Made by a program: the position numbers and the translations under genes. Shown here one piece after another: positions 9,709-20,818 of a stretch of 64,000 nucleotides of DNA (its first letter is position 1; every line of letters starts with the position of its first letter). Source of the stretch: Obrimoposthia wandeli (lineage: Eukaryota); NCBI GenBank assembly GCA_977020255.1, contig CDROCS010000644.1, positions 1-64,000 on the forward strand. The letters run 5' to 3'. Below the pieces are notes generated by a model. The model did not search any database. It was not told the origin of the DNA and saw only the letters and a list, made by a program, of their open reading frames with translations.

Positions 9709-9780
9709 CGTCATTCTGAATTTATTTTAGCATCGCATCTTTATAATAGGATGAGAATCTGAACTTATTTCAGGTTTACG
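9709..9780. repeat. REP-like palindromic doublet (two inverted ~31-bp units)
   Basis: cgtcattctgaatttattttagcatcgcatc (9709-9739) and gatgagaatctgaacttatttcaggtttacg (9750-9780) are imperfect inverted copies. A related unit is at 57845-57875. Confidence 0.6.
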
Positions 9781-9823
9781 TGAAATGAGTTATTATAAAT
9801 TACGGACTATCAAAAGAATAAAA

Positions 9824-10378
9824 ATGAACTTTATAGAAACAAATATTCCTGATGTTGTAATAATTGAACCAACAGTTTTTGGAGATCATAGGGGGTATTT
9901 CTTAGAATCTTTCAATCAGCAACAATTTAATAAAAATATTAAAACCACAACTTTTGTACAAGACAATGAGTCAAAATCAACAAGGGGTGTTTTAAGAGGT
10001 CTACATTTTCAAAAACCACCATTTGCTCAGGCAAAATTAGTGCGTTGTATTCAGGGAAGTGTTATAGATGTTGCTGTTGATATCAGAATTGGTTCACCGA
10101 CTTATGGTAAACATGTAGCTGTTGAGTTATCTGAAGAAAATAAAAAACAATTATTTGTGCCTAGAGGCTTTGCGCATGGTTTCGTAGTGTTATCAGCAAC
10201 AGCAATTTTTGCCTATAAAGTAGATAATGATTACGCTCCACAATATGATTGTGGAATAAAATGGGATGATCAAGAATTAAACATTGATTGGAAAATTAAA
10301 TCAGCAGAAATACAATTATCAGATAAAGATACGAAGCTGGAGTATTTGAAAGATTTTAAAAGTCCGTTTAAATATTAA
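9824..10378 (+). CDS. rfbC: dTDP-4-dehydrorhamnose 3,5-epimerase
   Basis: DHRGYFLES, VQDNESKS, LRGLHFQ, GFAHGF. Start placed at MNFIET (the track starts at 9785). Confidence 0.96.
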   Translation: MNFIETNIPDVVIIEPTVFGDHRGYFLESFNQQQFNKNIKTTTFVQDNESKSTRGVLRGLHFQKPPFAQAKLVRCIQGSVIDVAVDIRIGSPTYGKHVAVELSEENKKQLFVPRGFAHGFVVLSATAIFAYKVDNDYAPQYDCGIKWDDQELNIDWKIKSAEIQLSDKDTKLEYLKDFKSPFKY

Positions 10379-10380
10379 TT

Positions 10381-11247
10381 ATGAAGATATTAGTTACAGG
10401 AGCAAACGGTCAATTAGGTTCAGAGATAAAAAAAATAGCTTCTAATTATCCGCAGTTTCATTTTTTTTTCGAAGATTCAAAAAGTTTAGATATCACTAAT
10501 TTTGAGAGTGTAAACCAATATGTTGAATCAAATAAAATAAAAGCTATTATTAATTGCGCCGCCTACACAGCCGTAGATGCGGCAGAAAAAGAAATAGAAA
10601 AAGCAACATTAGTTAATGTTACCGGGGTTTTTAATTTAGGAAAAGCAATTGAACAAAACGGTGGAAAATTGATTCATATCTCTACTGATTACGTTTTTAG
10701 TGGAGAAAGTTTTGTGCCTTATACCGAAAACGATGAGGTTAATCCAAAGGGGGTTTATGGAAAAACGAAACTAGCAGGAGAAGAAGCTTTATTAAATTTA
10801 CCTATTGAAACCATAATAATAAGAACATCTTGGTTGTATTCTAGTTATGGTAATAATTTTGTTAAAACAATGCTTCGTTTAGGTAAGGAAAAAGAGGACT
10901 TAAATGTTATTTTTGATCAAATAGGAACCCCTACATATGCAAGAGATTTGGCTAAAATCTGTATAGATATACTTACAAATAATGAGCGAATTGATGAAAG
11001 AAATAAAATTTATCATTATTCTAATGAAGGCGTAGCATCGTGGTATGATTTTGCAAAAGCAATTATGAGAATGTCTAAAATAAATTGTAATGTTCATCCA
11101 ATAGCAACAAAAGAATATCCAACACCCGCAAAAAGACCTCAATATTCAGTGATGAATAAAGCAAGAATTAAGAATGATTTTAAAGTTGAAATTCCATATT
11201 GGAGAGATTCTTTAAAAGAATGTATTAATGAATTACAAAAAGGGTAA
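10381..11247 (+). CDS. rfbD: dTDP-4-dehydrorhamnose reductase
   Basis: ILVTGANGQLG, NCAAYTAVD, STDYVF, YGKTK, DQIGTPT. Confidence 0.96.
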   Translation: MKILVTGANGQLGSEIKKIASNYPQFHFFFEDSKSLDITNFESVNQYVESNKIKAIINCAAYTAVDAAEKEIEKATLVNVTGVFNLGKAIEQNGGKLIHISTDYVFSGESFVPYTENDEVNPKGVYGKTKLAGEEALLNLPIETIIIRTSWLYSSYGNNFVKTMLRLGKEKEDLNVIFDQIGTPTYARDLAKICIDILTNNERIDERNKIYHYSNEGVASWYDFAKAIMRMSKINCNVHPIATKEYPTPAKRPQYSVMNKARIKNDFKVEIPYWRDSLKECINELQKG

Positions 11248-11249
11248 AG

Positions 11250-12296
11250 ATGAAAAATATACTAATAACAGGTGGTGCTGGTTTTATAGGTTCTCATGTA
11301 GTGCGATTATTTGTGAATAATTACCCGAATTATAACATCATTAATTTAGATAAATTAACATACGCGGGTAATTTAGAGAATTTAAAAGACCTTGATGATA
11401 AACCTAATTATAAGTTTGTTAAGGCTGATATTTGTGACCATAACTTAATGGAAGAAATATTTATAAAATACAACATTGATAATGTTATTCATTTAGCAGC
11501 AGAATCTCATGTAGATAGATCTATAAAAGACCCTTTTTCTTTTGCGCAAACAAATGTAATGGGAACTTTAAGTTTGTTACAAGCAGCAAAAAAAACATGG
11601 AAAGAAGATTATGAGAATAAAATGTTTTATCACGTTTCTACAGATGAGGTTTATGGGAGTTTAGGAGACGAAGGTTTTTTTACAGAAACCACAGCTTACG
11701 ACCCTCATTCTCCATACGCAGCTTCAAAAGCATCTTCAGATCATTTTGTAAGAGCTTTTCATGATACTTATGGTTTACCAATTGTAATTTCTAATTGTTC
11801 TAATAACTATGGAGCGTTTCAGTTTCCAGAAAAATTAATTCCGTTATTTATAAATAATATCTGTAATAATAAGCCTTTACCTGTATACGGAAAAGGGGAA
11901 AATGTGAGAGATTGGTTGTTTGTAAATGATCATGCGCGTGCTATAGATGTAATTTTTCATAAAGGAAAATTAGGAGATACCTATAATATAGGAGGGTTTA
12001 ATGAATGGAAAAACATCGATTTAATAAAAGTATTAATTAAAACTGTTGATGCTTATTTAGGAAGAGATGCAGGAACTTCTGAAAAGCTGTTAACTTTTGT
12101 AACAGATAGAGCTGGTCATGATTTTAGGTACGCAATTGATTCATCTAAGTTAAAGAATGAATTAGGTTGGCAACCATCATTGCAGTTTGAAGAAGGGATA
12201 GAAAAAACAGTAAAATGGTATTTAGAAAATCAAGAGTGGATTGATAATGTTACAAGTGGAGATTATCAAAAGTATTATGAAGAAATGTATAAATAA
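11250..12296 (+). CDS. rfbB: dTDP-glucose 4,6-dehydratase
   Basis: TGGAGFIGS, HLAAESHVDRSI, STDEVYG, YAASKA, NNYG..QFPEKLIP. Confidence 0.97.
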   Translation: MKNILITGGAGFIGSHVVRLFVNNYPNYNIINLDKLTYAGNLENLKDLDDKPNYKFVKADICDHNLMEEIFIKYNIDNVIHLAAESHVDRSIKDPFSFAQTNVMGTLSLLQAAKKTWKEDYENKMFYHVSTDEVYGSLGDEGFFTETTAYDPHSPYAASKASSDHFVRAFHDTYGLPIVISNCSNNYGAFQFPEKLIPLFINNICNNKPLPVYGKGENVRDWLFVNDHARAIDVIFHKGKLGDTYNIGGFNEWKNIDLIKVLIKTVDAYLGRDAGTSEKLLTFVTDRAGHDFRYAIDSSKLKNELGWQPSLQFEEGIEKTVKWYLENQEWIDNVTSGDYQKYYEEMYK

Positions 12297-12298
12297 TT

Positions 12299-12343
12299 AA
12301 AAAAAGTACGTCATTAAAATAAGATTAATGACATACTTTTTTT
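12299..12343. terminator. Bidirectional intrinsic terminator
   Basis: aaaaagtacgtcattaa ... ttaatgacatactttttt between convergent rfbB and the LysM gene. Confidence 0.7.
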
Positions 12344-12348
12344 CGTTT

Positions 12349-14190
12349 TTATTTAAGTCTAGTTAAACTTAAATCTTTATTATATTTAATGATAAAGAGT
12401 CCTTTGTTAGTTGTCGTACCAAAAGCTCTTTTACGATAATCAAATTTATTTTCTAATCGAAGTGATACTCCTTCTTTAAAAGTATTCATTAAATCTTTAC
12501 CAGAAGCCAATCGCATTAAAACATCATAAGTAATATCAAAACCTTTAATAGCGTAGCTAGAAGGAGTGGTATTGTTTTTAGCGTAATATTTCTTGTTAAA
12601 AATTTTTGCTTCATTAGAAGTGTTATCTTCAAAAGAACTAGAAACATAAGTAAAGTCGACGCTCGCTAACTTATTGTTATCTATTTTGTCGTAAGAATCT
12701 TTCTTTTCAATAGCAAAAACCTGAACAGTTACTTCATCAGGTACACCAATCATACTATTTAAAACATCGGCAATTGCTACATTATTGTTAGACGTAAGGA
12801 TCACCCAATTATGCTTTTTAGCGGTCATTTTATTTGTGAAAAGTTCTCGCTTTATATATCCTTTTTCAGGTTTTAAAACATGTACGTCTTTAATAGAATC
12901 GTGTCTTTTTAATTGATTAACAATTTTAACGATTTTATTATTAGATGATATTTTGCCATCACCGACAAGAAAAATTTGTTCACCTCTATAATTATCTTTT
13001 AAATAAGAAATTAAATAATCGGTATAGTTATTTTTATCAGGAGCTGATTTAATAAGTTTTTTTGCAGAAAATTCATGTTGATTATTCGAGAAATGAGGAA
13101 ATACAACAGGGGCATTAATTTTTTTAGCAACTATTTCAGCTTTATCAGAATAAAAAGGACCAATAACAACATCTGCATTGTCTAGTTTATCTTCTGCTAA
13201 AATTGTGGTAACATTATTACCTCTGTTTCCGGTATCAAAAATAGTTGAATTAACATGTATGCCTTGTTTTCTTATCGAATCAATAGCGATTTCAGCACCG
13301 GTGTAAAAATCGATAACCATATTTGCTAATGGAGCAGAACTATTTTTGTCTTCACTAAAAATATACTTCGAAGAAGTTGTTTTATACTCTTTAGCTTTAA
13401 AGGGAAGTAAAATTGCTAAATTAATAGCTACATCTTCTTGAATACTGTCTTTGTAAAAAAGAAAGTTTTCATTTGGGTTTACTTCTTCAATTGGTTTTAT
13501 TTTTAATAACTGATCAATAGCTAATTCGTTATTTATAATTCCCGGATATTCCGGATTTAAACGAACTAAATCTTCTTTTGAAATATTGTAAAAGCGAGTC
13601 AACCCGTATACGGTTTCTTTGCTTTTAACAAGATGCGTTAAGAAATTCTTCAAAACTTCTTTTCTGTCAATTGTTATTGTTTTTTCAACCGATTTAACCT
13701 TTAATACTTGACCAATACTTAAAATATTACGTTCTATTCCCGGATATTCAGGGTTCCATTTAATTAAATCATCTTTAGATATTTCATAATCTTTAGTGAT
13801 TCTGTAAACCGTTTCTCCTGCTTTTACAATATGATTTTCATACTCATATATTGTTTGCTGAAAAACATCTTTATCGCCTTTATTAATTGTGTCGTTAACG
13901 ACTCCTAAAGCGATGTCTTTAGGAGTAACAATAGTTGTATCAGCTATTTTAGAAGGTTTTTTCTTATTTAATTCAGGATTCGGAATTACAATAACCGTAT
14001 TAGCGTTTGGCCGTCTATCAACATCAGGGTTTAAACGTAATAAATCCTTTGTTTTCATATCAAGGCGATTCGCAATATCTCGCATTGTTTCACCTTCTTG
14101 AGTTTTGTATGACACATACCTTTTTTGTTGACCACAAGAAACGGCAAATGTTAAAATACAAACTAAGAGTAAAAACTGTAACTTTTTCAT
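12349..14190 (-). CDS. Multi-LysM lipoprotein with C-terminal periplasmic-binding-protein (LppC-like) domain
   Basis: Lipobox AVSC. Three LysM-like repeats (GETMRDIA, HIVKAGETVYRIT, HLVKSKETVYGLT). AILLPF and IGPFY PBP1 motifs. Confidence 0.8.
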   Translation of the reverse strand: MKKLQFLLLVCILTFAVSCGQQKRYVSYKTQEGETMRDIANRLDMKTKDLLRLNPDVDRRPNANTVIVIPNPELNKKKPSKIADTTIVTPKDIALGVVNDTINKGDKDVFQQTIYEYENHIVKAGETVYRITKDYEISKDDLIKWNPEYPGIERNILSIGQVLKVKSVEKTITIDRKEVLKNFLTHLVKSKETVYGLTRFYNISKEDLVRLNPEYPGIINNELAIDQLLKIKPIEEVNPNENFLFYKDSIQEDVAINLAILLPFKAKEYKTTSSKYIFSEDKNSSAPLANMVIDFYTGAEIAIDSIRKQGIHVNSTIFDTGNRGNNVTTILAEDKLDNADVVIGPFYSDKAEIVAKKINAPVVFPHFSNNQHEFSAKKLIKSAPDKNNYTDYLISYLKDNYRGEQIFLVGDGKISSNNKIVKIVNQLKRHDSIKDVHVLKPEKGYIKRELFTNKMTAKKHNWVILTSNNNVAIADVLNSMIGVPDEVTVQVFAIEKKDSYDKIDNNKLASVDFTYVSSSFEDNTSNEAKIFNKKYYAKNNTTPSSYAIKGFDITYDVLMRLASGKDLMNTFKEGVSLRLENKFDYRKRAFGTTTNKGLFIIKYNKDLSLTRLK

Positions 14191-14210
14191 TTATTTTTTT
14201 CTTTAGAATT

Positions 14211-15752
14211 TTATTCCCACTCAATTGTAGCAGGCGGTTTAGAGCTAATGTCGTACACAACTCTGTTAACACCTTTTACATTGTTTATAATTTTATTCGA
14301 TATTTTTTGTAAAAACTCATATGGTAAATTTACCCAATCGGCAGTCATACCATCGGTGCTTTCAACAGCACGTAAGGCAACTACTTTTTCGTATGTTCTT
14401 TCATCACCCATTACTCCAACAGAGTTTACTGGTAATAAAATTGCGCCTGCTTGCCATACTTTATTATACAAATCGTCCTCTTTTAATCCGTTGATAAAAA
14501 CAGCATCTACTTCTTGTAAAATACGTACTTTTTCTTCAGTAATATCACCTAAAATACGAATTGCCAATCCTGGGCCAGGAAAAGGATGACGACCTAATAA
14601 GTCTTTATCTATTCCCATAGAAGCTCCTACACGACGAACCTCGTCTTTAAAAATCATTCGTAAAGGCTCTACAATTTTAAGTTTCATAAAATCAGGTAAA
14701 CCACCTACGTTATGATGACTTTTAATCGTTGCTGATGGACCACCATTTACAGAAACTGATTCAATCACATCAGGATAAATTGTTCCTTGTGCCAACCATT
14801 TTGCGTCTTCAATCTGATTTGCTTCATCATCAAAAACATCAATAAAAACCTTACCAATAGCTTTACGCTTTTCTTCCGGATCACTTAAACCAGCAAGCTC
14901 ATTCAAGAAACGTGCCGAAGCATCTACTCCTTTTACGTTTAAGCCCATACCTTCGTATTGCTTTAATACCTCGGTATATTCATTTTTACGTAACAATCCG
15001 TTGTTAACGAATATACAATGTAAATTACTTCCGATAGCTTTGTGTAATAATACTGCTGCTACGGTAGAATCTACTCCGCCCGATAATCCTAAAACAACTT
15101 TATCTGTTCCTACTTTTGCTTGTATGTCAGCAACTGTTTCATCTACAAATGAATCTGGTGTCCAAGTTTGAGCTACTTCAGCTATATTAACTAAAAAATT
15201 TTGTAATAATTGTTTACCGTCGGTAGAATGATATACTTCTGGGTGAAATTGAATTGCATAGGTTGTTTCGCCATCAATTTTATAAGCAGCATTTTCTACA
15301 TCGTGAGTGCTTGCTAATAATATTCCGTTTGTTGGTAAATTTTTGATAGTATCTGAATGGCTCATCCAAACCTGACTTCCTTCAGATATATCTGAAAAGA
15401 ATTCTTCACCTTCTTTTACAAACGATAAATTAGCTCTACCATATTCCCTAGTATTTGATGGTGCTACTAATCCACCAGAAAAGTGGGCTAAATATTGTGC
15501 GCCATAACAAACAGCTAATACTGGTTTTTTTCCTCTAATTTCTGATAAATCAGGATGCAAAGCAGCTTCTGAACGAACAGAGTTTGGGCTACCAGAAAGG
15601 ATTACAGCTTTAAAGTCGTTTAAGTTTTGTGGAATTTTGTTATACGGATGAATTTCACAGTAAATGTTCAATTCTCTAACACGGCGCGCAATAAGTTGTG
15701 TGTATTGCGATCCGAAATCTAAAATAAGTACGTTGTGTTGTTGCATATGCAA
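14211..15752 (-). CDS. guaA: GMP synthase (glutamine-hydrolysing)
   Basis: [50 protein letters not shown]. Confidence 0.98.
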   Translation of the reverse strand: MHMQQHNVLILDFGSQYTQLIARRVRELNIYCEIHPYNKIPQNLNDFKAVILSGSPNSVRSEAALHPDLSEIRGKKPVLAVCYGAQYLAHFSGGLVAPSNTREYGRANLSFVKEGEEFFSDISEGSQVWMSHSDTIKNLPTNGILLASTHDVENAAYKIDGETTYAIQFHPEVYHSTDGKQLLQNFLVNIAEVAQTWTPDSFVDETVADIQAKVGTDKVVLGLSGGVDSTVAAVLLHKAIGSNLHCIFVNNGLLRKNEYTEVLKQYEGMGLNVKGVDASARFLNELAGLSDPEEKRKAIGKVFIDVFDDEANQIEDAKWLAQGTIYPDVIESVSVNGGPSATIKSHHNVGGLPDFMKLKIVEPLRMIFKDEVRRVGASMGIDKDLLGRHPFPGPGLAIRILGDITEEKVRILQEVDAVFINGLKEDDLYNKVWQAGAILLPVNSVGVMGDERTYEKVVALRAVESTDGMTADWVNLPYEFLQKISNKIINNVKGVNRVVYDISSKPPATIEWE

Positions 15753-15808
15753 AAATAGTACTTAGATTTTAGACTTTTAGTATTTGAATTTAGATTTTTT
15801 GAAGTTTT

Positions 15809-16873
15809 TTAATAACGGTAAACGACAGCGTTTATATTCATCCCAGCACCTACAGAAGCTAATATTATTACATCTCCTTTTTGCACTTCTTGATTTTCGA
15901 TATTGCCTTTTAGTACTAAATCTAATAAAGTAGGCACGGTTGCTACCGAGCTGTTCCCTAGTTTATGAATACTCATCGGCATAACCCCTTTAGGAATTGG
16001 CTTTTTATACAATCTATAAAAACGTTTGATAATTGCATCATCCATTTTTTCATTTGCTTGGTGGATGAATATTTTTTTAACCGAGTCAATTTCAATTCCA
16101 CTTTTATCTAGCGCGGTTTTCATTGCTTTGGGCACGTTGTTTAATGCAAATTCGTAAATTTTACGTCCGTGCATTTTTATATAACGAACATCTTTATCTA
16201 GTTTTTTGTTAAAAGAATTTCCGAAGAATAAGAAATAAGCTTCTTCTTTGGTGAAAGTTTGTGAGGCATGGCTTAAAATTCCGCTTTTACTACCTTCTTT
16301 TAATTCAACAACACAAGCACCTGCACCATCACTATAAATCATAGAATCACGATCGTATGCATCAACAACTCTCGATAAAGTTTCACCTCCAATAACTAAA
16401 CACTTCTTAGCAATCCCTGCTTTTATAAAAGCTTGTGCCTGAATAACACCTTCAATCCATCCTGGGCATCCGAATAAAATATCATATGCAACACAATTAG
16501 GATTTTCTATTTGGAGTAAATGTTTTACGCGACTAGCTAAACTAGGAAGTATATCACTTTGAATAGCATCTTTTTTTACATCTCCAAAATTATGAGCGAA
16601 TATAATATAGTCTAACTCTTCAGCATTTAGATTAGCATCTTCTATCGCTTTTTTAGCAGCAAAATAGCCCAAATCAGAAGCCGTATAATTACCCGTAGTA
16701 TATCTACGTTCTTCAATACCAGTGATCGATTTAAACTTTTCAATAATTACACTGTTCGTGTTTTTAAAAGAAGTGCCATCAGCATTTAAAAATGAACTTT
16801 CTAAAAACTGATTATTTTCTTTTTTTATTGAAGGGATGTATGAACCTGTACCTGTAATTACTGCTGATATCAT
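15809..16873 (-). CDS. 3-oxoacyl-ACP synthase III (FabH) family protein
   Basis: GTGSYIP, FGCPG (catalytic Cys), HQAN, GNSSVAT, SVGAGM. Confidence 0.88.
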   Translation of the reverse strand: MISAVITGTGSYIPSIKKENNQFLESSFLNADGTSFKNTNSVIIEKFKSITGIEERRYTTGNYTASDLGYFAAKKAIEDANLNAEELDYIIFAHNFGDVKKDAIQSDILPSLASRVKHLLQIENPNCVAYDILFGCPGWIEGVIQAQAFIKAGIAKKCLVIGGETLSRVVDAYDRDSMIYSDGAGACVVELKEGSKSGILSHASQTFTKEEAYFLFFGNSFNKKLDKDVRYIKMHGRKIYEFALNNVPKAMKTALDKSGIEIDSVKKIFIHQANEKMDDAIIKRFYRLYKKPIPKGVMPMSIHKLGNSSVATVPTLLDLVLKGNIENQEVQKGDVIILASVGAGMNINAVVYRY

Positions 16874-17039
16874 TCTAAATCATTAAGGATTGGAACACAA
16901 TAAAAGCCTTTTTAATTAGATAAAACCTTTTATTAGTCGTCATTTTTTAAGAATTACAGAATTCTTAAAAAAGAAGAACTTAATTAATCATTTAGAAAAA
17001 AATAAGGTTTTTTTTGAATTTGTGATTTCTCTAACGGAT

Positions 17040-17522
17040 TTATAAATATGAACTATCAAAAGAAAAAGGAAGTAATGAAAGTAACGATGTTGTTTTTACA
17101 ATCTTACCAATTTCACCCATAAAAAGTATTTCTATTGGTTCTTTTTGATTGATTTCATATTCAGATAAAGTTTGTCTGCAAGCACCACAAGGCCCAACAG
17201 GTTTATCTACTGTCAAGTTTTCTGAAGCAGCAGTAATGGCTAATTTTTTAATTTTCACTCCAGGGAATTCAGAGCCAACTTTCCATATTCCAACCCTTTC
17301 AGCACACATTCCTGATGGGTATGCAGCATTTTCTTGGTTATTGCCTAAAACAATTACGCCATTCTCTAATAAGAAAGCAGCGCCTACGCTAAACTTAGAA
17401 TAAGGGGCATAAGCTTTAGCTCTCGCTTCAATAGCTTTATCCATTAGCGATTTATCTTCTTGTGCTAATTCCGATACATTGTTAAAAAGAGTCGCAGAAG
17501 TCTTTAATTCTATTTTTTCCAT
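17040..17522 (-). CDS. cdd: Cytidine deaminase
   Basis: AYAPYSKFSVGAA, NQENAAYPSGMCAE, PCGACRQ. Confidence 0.95.
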   Translation of the reverse strand: MEKIELKTSATLFNNVSELAQEDKSLMDKAIEARAKAYAPYSKFSVGAAFLLENGVIVLGNNQENAAYPSGMCAERVGIWKVGSEFPGVKIKKLAITAASENLTVDKPVGPCGACRQTLSEYEINQKEPIEILFMGEIGKIVKTTSLLSLLPFSFDSSYL

Positions 17523-17543
17523 AAAGAAATAGTGTTGGTCAAA

Positions 17544-17569
17544 AAAAGCAGTCTGTTTAGACTGCTTTT
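17544..17569. terminator. Hairpin terminator between porV and cdd
   Basis: aaaagcagtct-gttt-agactgctttt perfect stem. Confidence 0.6.
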
Positions 17570-17615
17570 GTATTATGATACGAATTTATTAAAAAAAATC
17601 TATATTTTAATAAAT

Positions 17616-18689
17616 CTAGTAAATTTCTCCTAAATCAAATGATAAAGAAAAACGTAAGGTATTTTCTAACGGGTTATTAACTGATGATGTATTTATTAAA
17701 TAAGATAAATCTAAGTTGAATGCTTTGGCTGTAAAACCAGTACCCAGAGTTAAAAATTGTCTCAGGCCTTTTTGTTCACTTTCATGAAAGTATCCAGCTC
17801 TAAGGGCAAATGCGTTATTATATGAATATTCGGCACCTAGCGCCCAAGTTGTTTCTTTAAGCTCTTCACTAAAATCTCTATCACCTAAAGAAGTGAACAT
17901 TCCTTCGAACCACCCTCTGTCAGAATCAGCTCCGCTAGAAGGAACTAATAACTTTGTAAATTCTAGACTAAGACCCAAGGTGTTTTTGCTATCTAAAATA
18001 AAATCGAAACCACCTCCTAATTTTGCATTCGTTGGGATAAAGCTTTCAGTACCTCCATTAGAATACTGTACTTTTGGACCAATATTAGCAATATTAAAAC
18101 CTAAACGGTAACGACCATTAAAATTTCCGTAGTTTTTTTCATCTGATTGATAATAACCAGAGATATCAAAAGCGATTGAGTTTACTGCATTAATGCTATT
18201 ACTGTTAATGTCTAAGTTAGAATTGATGTATTTAAATCCAACACCCATGGAGAATTTTTCACTCAACTTCATAGAGTAAATACCTGTAATAGCAAATTCA
18301 TTTGGGTTTATTGTACCTTGACTATTACCATCTAAATCTGTTAATTGAACTTGACCAAGAGAAAAGTATTTAATATCTACTCCCCAAGCAGCATTTTCTT
18401 TAAACCTGTTTACGTATGATACATTTCCTACAAAAATATCATCAGTTAAATTACGTAACCAAGGTGTATAATTTAAACCAATACTTATTTTATTTTCATT
18501 GAAAACCGTTTTAGCTGGGTTATGAAAAATCGAAAATGCATCAGCAGATGTTGCTACACCAACGTCTCCCATACCACCAGCACGGGCATCAGATGATATT
18601 AATAAAAAAGGTGTTGCTGTTGTGATTTGTTGTGCTTTGGTTTGAAGGGCAAAACAGGCAAAAAACAATAAAAAAGATAATTTTTTCAT
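17616..18689 (-). CDS. porV: Type IX secretion system outer-membrane protein PorV
   Basis: ITTATPFLLISSDARAGGMGD, YTPWLR.L..D, GAEYSY, LRAGYFHE..KG.RQF, NPLENTLRFSL. Confidence 0.93.
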   Translation of the reverse strand: MKKLSFLLFFACFALQTKAQQITTATPFLLISSDARAGGMGDVGVATSADAFSIFHNPAKTVFNENKISIGLNYTPWLRNLTDDIFVGNVSYVNRFKENAAWGVDIKYFSLGQVQLTDLDGNSQGTINPNEFAITGIYSMKLSEKFSMGVGFKYINSNLDINSNSINAVNSIAFDISGYYQSDEKNYGNFNGRYRLGFNIANIGPKVQYSNGGTESFIPTNAKLGGGFDFILDSKNTLGLSLEFTKLLVPSSGADSDRGWFEGMFTSLGDRDFSEELKETTWALGAEYSYNNAFALRAGYFHESEQKGLRQFLTLGTGFTAKAFNLDLSYLINTSSVNNPLENTLRFSLSFDLGEIY

Positions 18690-19047
18690 GTAATAATTTG
18701 ATTGTTAGTTGAGCAAATATAAAGTTTTCTTAAAAAAATGCTAAAGTTTTATGTTTTTTTTTAATTATATGCTCTAAACGTTATAAAAACTTAAATATTG
18801 TGTCAACATAATTATATATTATAAAATGACAACTTTTTTAGTGTGTAATAAAAATTTAAAGAATATAAAATAATGATTTTTAATGGTGCATATTTAATCT
18901 TTTTCTTAAATTCGTAATACTAAACTTAAATAATGGTCGTTAGTAATCTTGCAATAGCAATACTTTATACTTCAATTTATAAATAAATTAGTTGTAAGGA
19001 GTTATAAAAATTGTAAATTGCGCCACCCCTAAAATAGTTGAAAATAC

Positions 19048-20757
19048 ATGAAAAGTACATTAAAAATATTTAGTTTATTGATTGTTACTGTGTTATTGGT
19101 TTCTTCTTGTAAGAGCAATAGAAGTGGCGGTTCAAGTAAATCTTCATTGACTGGTTGGAATTTTAATGACCCTAATTATGGAGGTTATTTGAAAGGTGAA
19201 GATAAAAATGGTAAAGAAGTACCTCCAGGAATGGTGCATATTGAAGGAGGTAGTTTTACGATGGGATTAGTACAAGATGACGTGATGTTTGATTGGAATA
19301 CGACACCAAAGAAAATGCACGTTCGTTCTTTTTATATGGATGAAACTGAGGTTACAAACGCGGAATATGGTTTATTTATGCAATATACCAAAGATATATT
19401 CCCTCCAGAAGAGCCACAATTTAAGAATATCTATCACTCTGTTTTACCAGATACTTTGGTTTGGAGAAAGGGATTAGGTAATACAAATTTATTATCAGAA
19501 AGTTATTTGAGACATCCATCATATGCAGAGTACCCTGTTGTAGGTGTTAGTTGGTTACAGGCTAATAAATACTGTAAATGGCGTACAAATGCAGTGAATT
19601 TAAAAATATTAATGGATAAAGGTGTTATCAAAAATATTTTTAAAGAAGATTCATTAAGTTTTAGAGGTAAAGATAACTTTGATACAGATACTTATTTAAC
19701 AAACCCATACGCGTTATTTGAAGGAGATTCTACAATTTATAAAAAAGGAATTCCATTACCAAGAAAAAAAGGAGATCCAAAACCAGAAAAGGGTAAATTT
19801 TCAGGTAGACAGGTTACATCTTCAGATGGAATTTTAGCACAGAAATTTAGACTTCCAACGGAGGTAGAATGGGAATTTGCGGCAAAAGCAATTTTCGAAA
19901 ATCGTGAGTATAATAATATCCGTGGAAGGAAAAAATATTCTTGGGATGGTAAATATACCCGCGATAGAGATAAGAGAAGACGTGGAGATCAGTTAGCCAA
20001 TTTTAAACAAGGTAAAGGTGATTATAGTGGTATTGCTGGTTGGAGTAGTGATGGATCAGATATTCCTAACGCAGCTAGAAGTTACCCACCAAACGCTTAT
20101 GGTTTGTATGATATGTCAGGTAACGTTGCTGAATGGGTAGAGGATGTGTATCGTCCTATAATTGATTCTGAAGCAAATGATTTTAATTATTTTAGAGGAA
20201 ATGTTTTTACTAAAAAATTAATAGATCAAAATGGTAAGGTTGTTATTGTTGGTGATGAAATGGGGGAGATAGAATATGATACTTTAGAAAACGGAAGAAT
20301 TGTGCCTAAAGATTTACCAGGAAGTGTTAAGTATATTCCAATTACAAAGGAAGATACTTATATGAGAAGAAATTATAATTTAGCAAACAACTCAAGCTTA
20401 GGAGATGGTGATCAATCTTCTTCGAAAGATTATGGTTTAGATAAAGATCAGTTAGATAGTGCTTCAAGAATGTATAATTCACCAAAAAAACCAGAATCTG
20501 AAAGAGATTCTTTAGGGAATGCAATCGATAACTATAAGTATGACTCTAAAAGAAGAACTACGTTGGTTAGTGATAAATCTAGAGTTTATAAAGGTGGTTC
20601 TTGGGCGGATAGAGAATATTGGTTAGATCCTGCTCAAAGAAGGTATTTTCCAGAATATATGGCAACTAACTTCATAGGCTTTAGATGTGCTACCGATAAA
20701 ATGGGGCCAATGATGCTAAACAAAAGAAAAAGAGCTGTTCCAGATAAAGCTAAATAA
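19048..20757 (+). CDS. gldJ: Gliding motility lipoprotein GldJ
   Basis: Lipobox VSSC, TGW, FTMGLVQDDVMFDW, FGE/SUMF1-like domain (RLPTEVEWE, GLYDMSGNVAEW, KGGSWADR..WLDPAQRR). Confidence 0.94.
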   Translation: MKSTLKIFSLLIVTVLLVSSCKSNRSGGSSKSSLTGWNFNDPNYGGYLKGEDKNGKEVPPGMVHIEGGSFTMGLVQDDVMFDWNTTPKKMHVRSFYMDETEVTNAEYGLFMQYTKDIFPPEEPQFKNIYHSVLPDTLVWRKGLGNTNLLSESYLRHPSYAEYPVVGVSWLQANKYCKWRTNAVNLKILMDKGVIKNIFKEDSLSFRGKDNFDTDTYLTNPYALFEGDSTIYKKGIPLPRKKGDPKPEKGKFSGRQVTSSDGILAQKFRLPTEVEWEFAAKAIFENREYNNIRGRKKYSWDGKYTRDRDKRRRGDQLANFKQGKGDYSGIAGWSSDGSDIPNAARSYPPNAYGLYDMSGNVAEWVEDVYRPIIDSEANDFNYFRGNVFTKKLIDQNGKVVIVGDEMGEIEYDTLENGRIVPKDLPGSVKYIPITKEDTYMRRNYNLANNSSLGDGDQSSSKDYGLDKDQLDSASRMYNSPKKPESERDSLGNAIDNYKYDSKRRTTLVSDKSRVYKGGSWADREYWLDPAQRRYFPEYMATNFIGFRCATDKMGPMMLNKRKRAVPDKAK

Positions 20758-20772
20758 ATATAATAAAACAAT

Positions 20773-20807
20773 AAAAAAACCTCATTGAATTTCAATGAGG
20801 TTTTTTT
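20773..20807 (+). terminator. Intrinsic terminator after gldJ
   Basis: aaaaaaacctcattgaa-t-ttcaatgaggttttttt. Confidence 0.75.
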
Positions 20808-20818
20808 ATTTTTACAAC

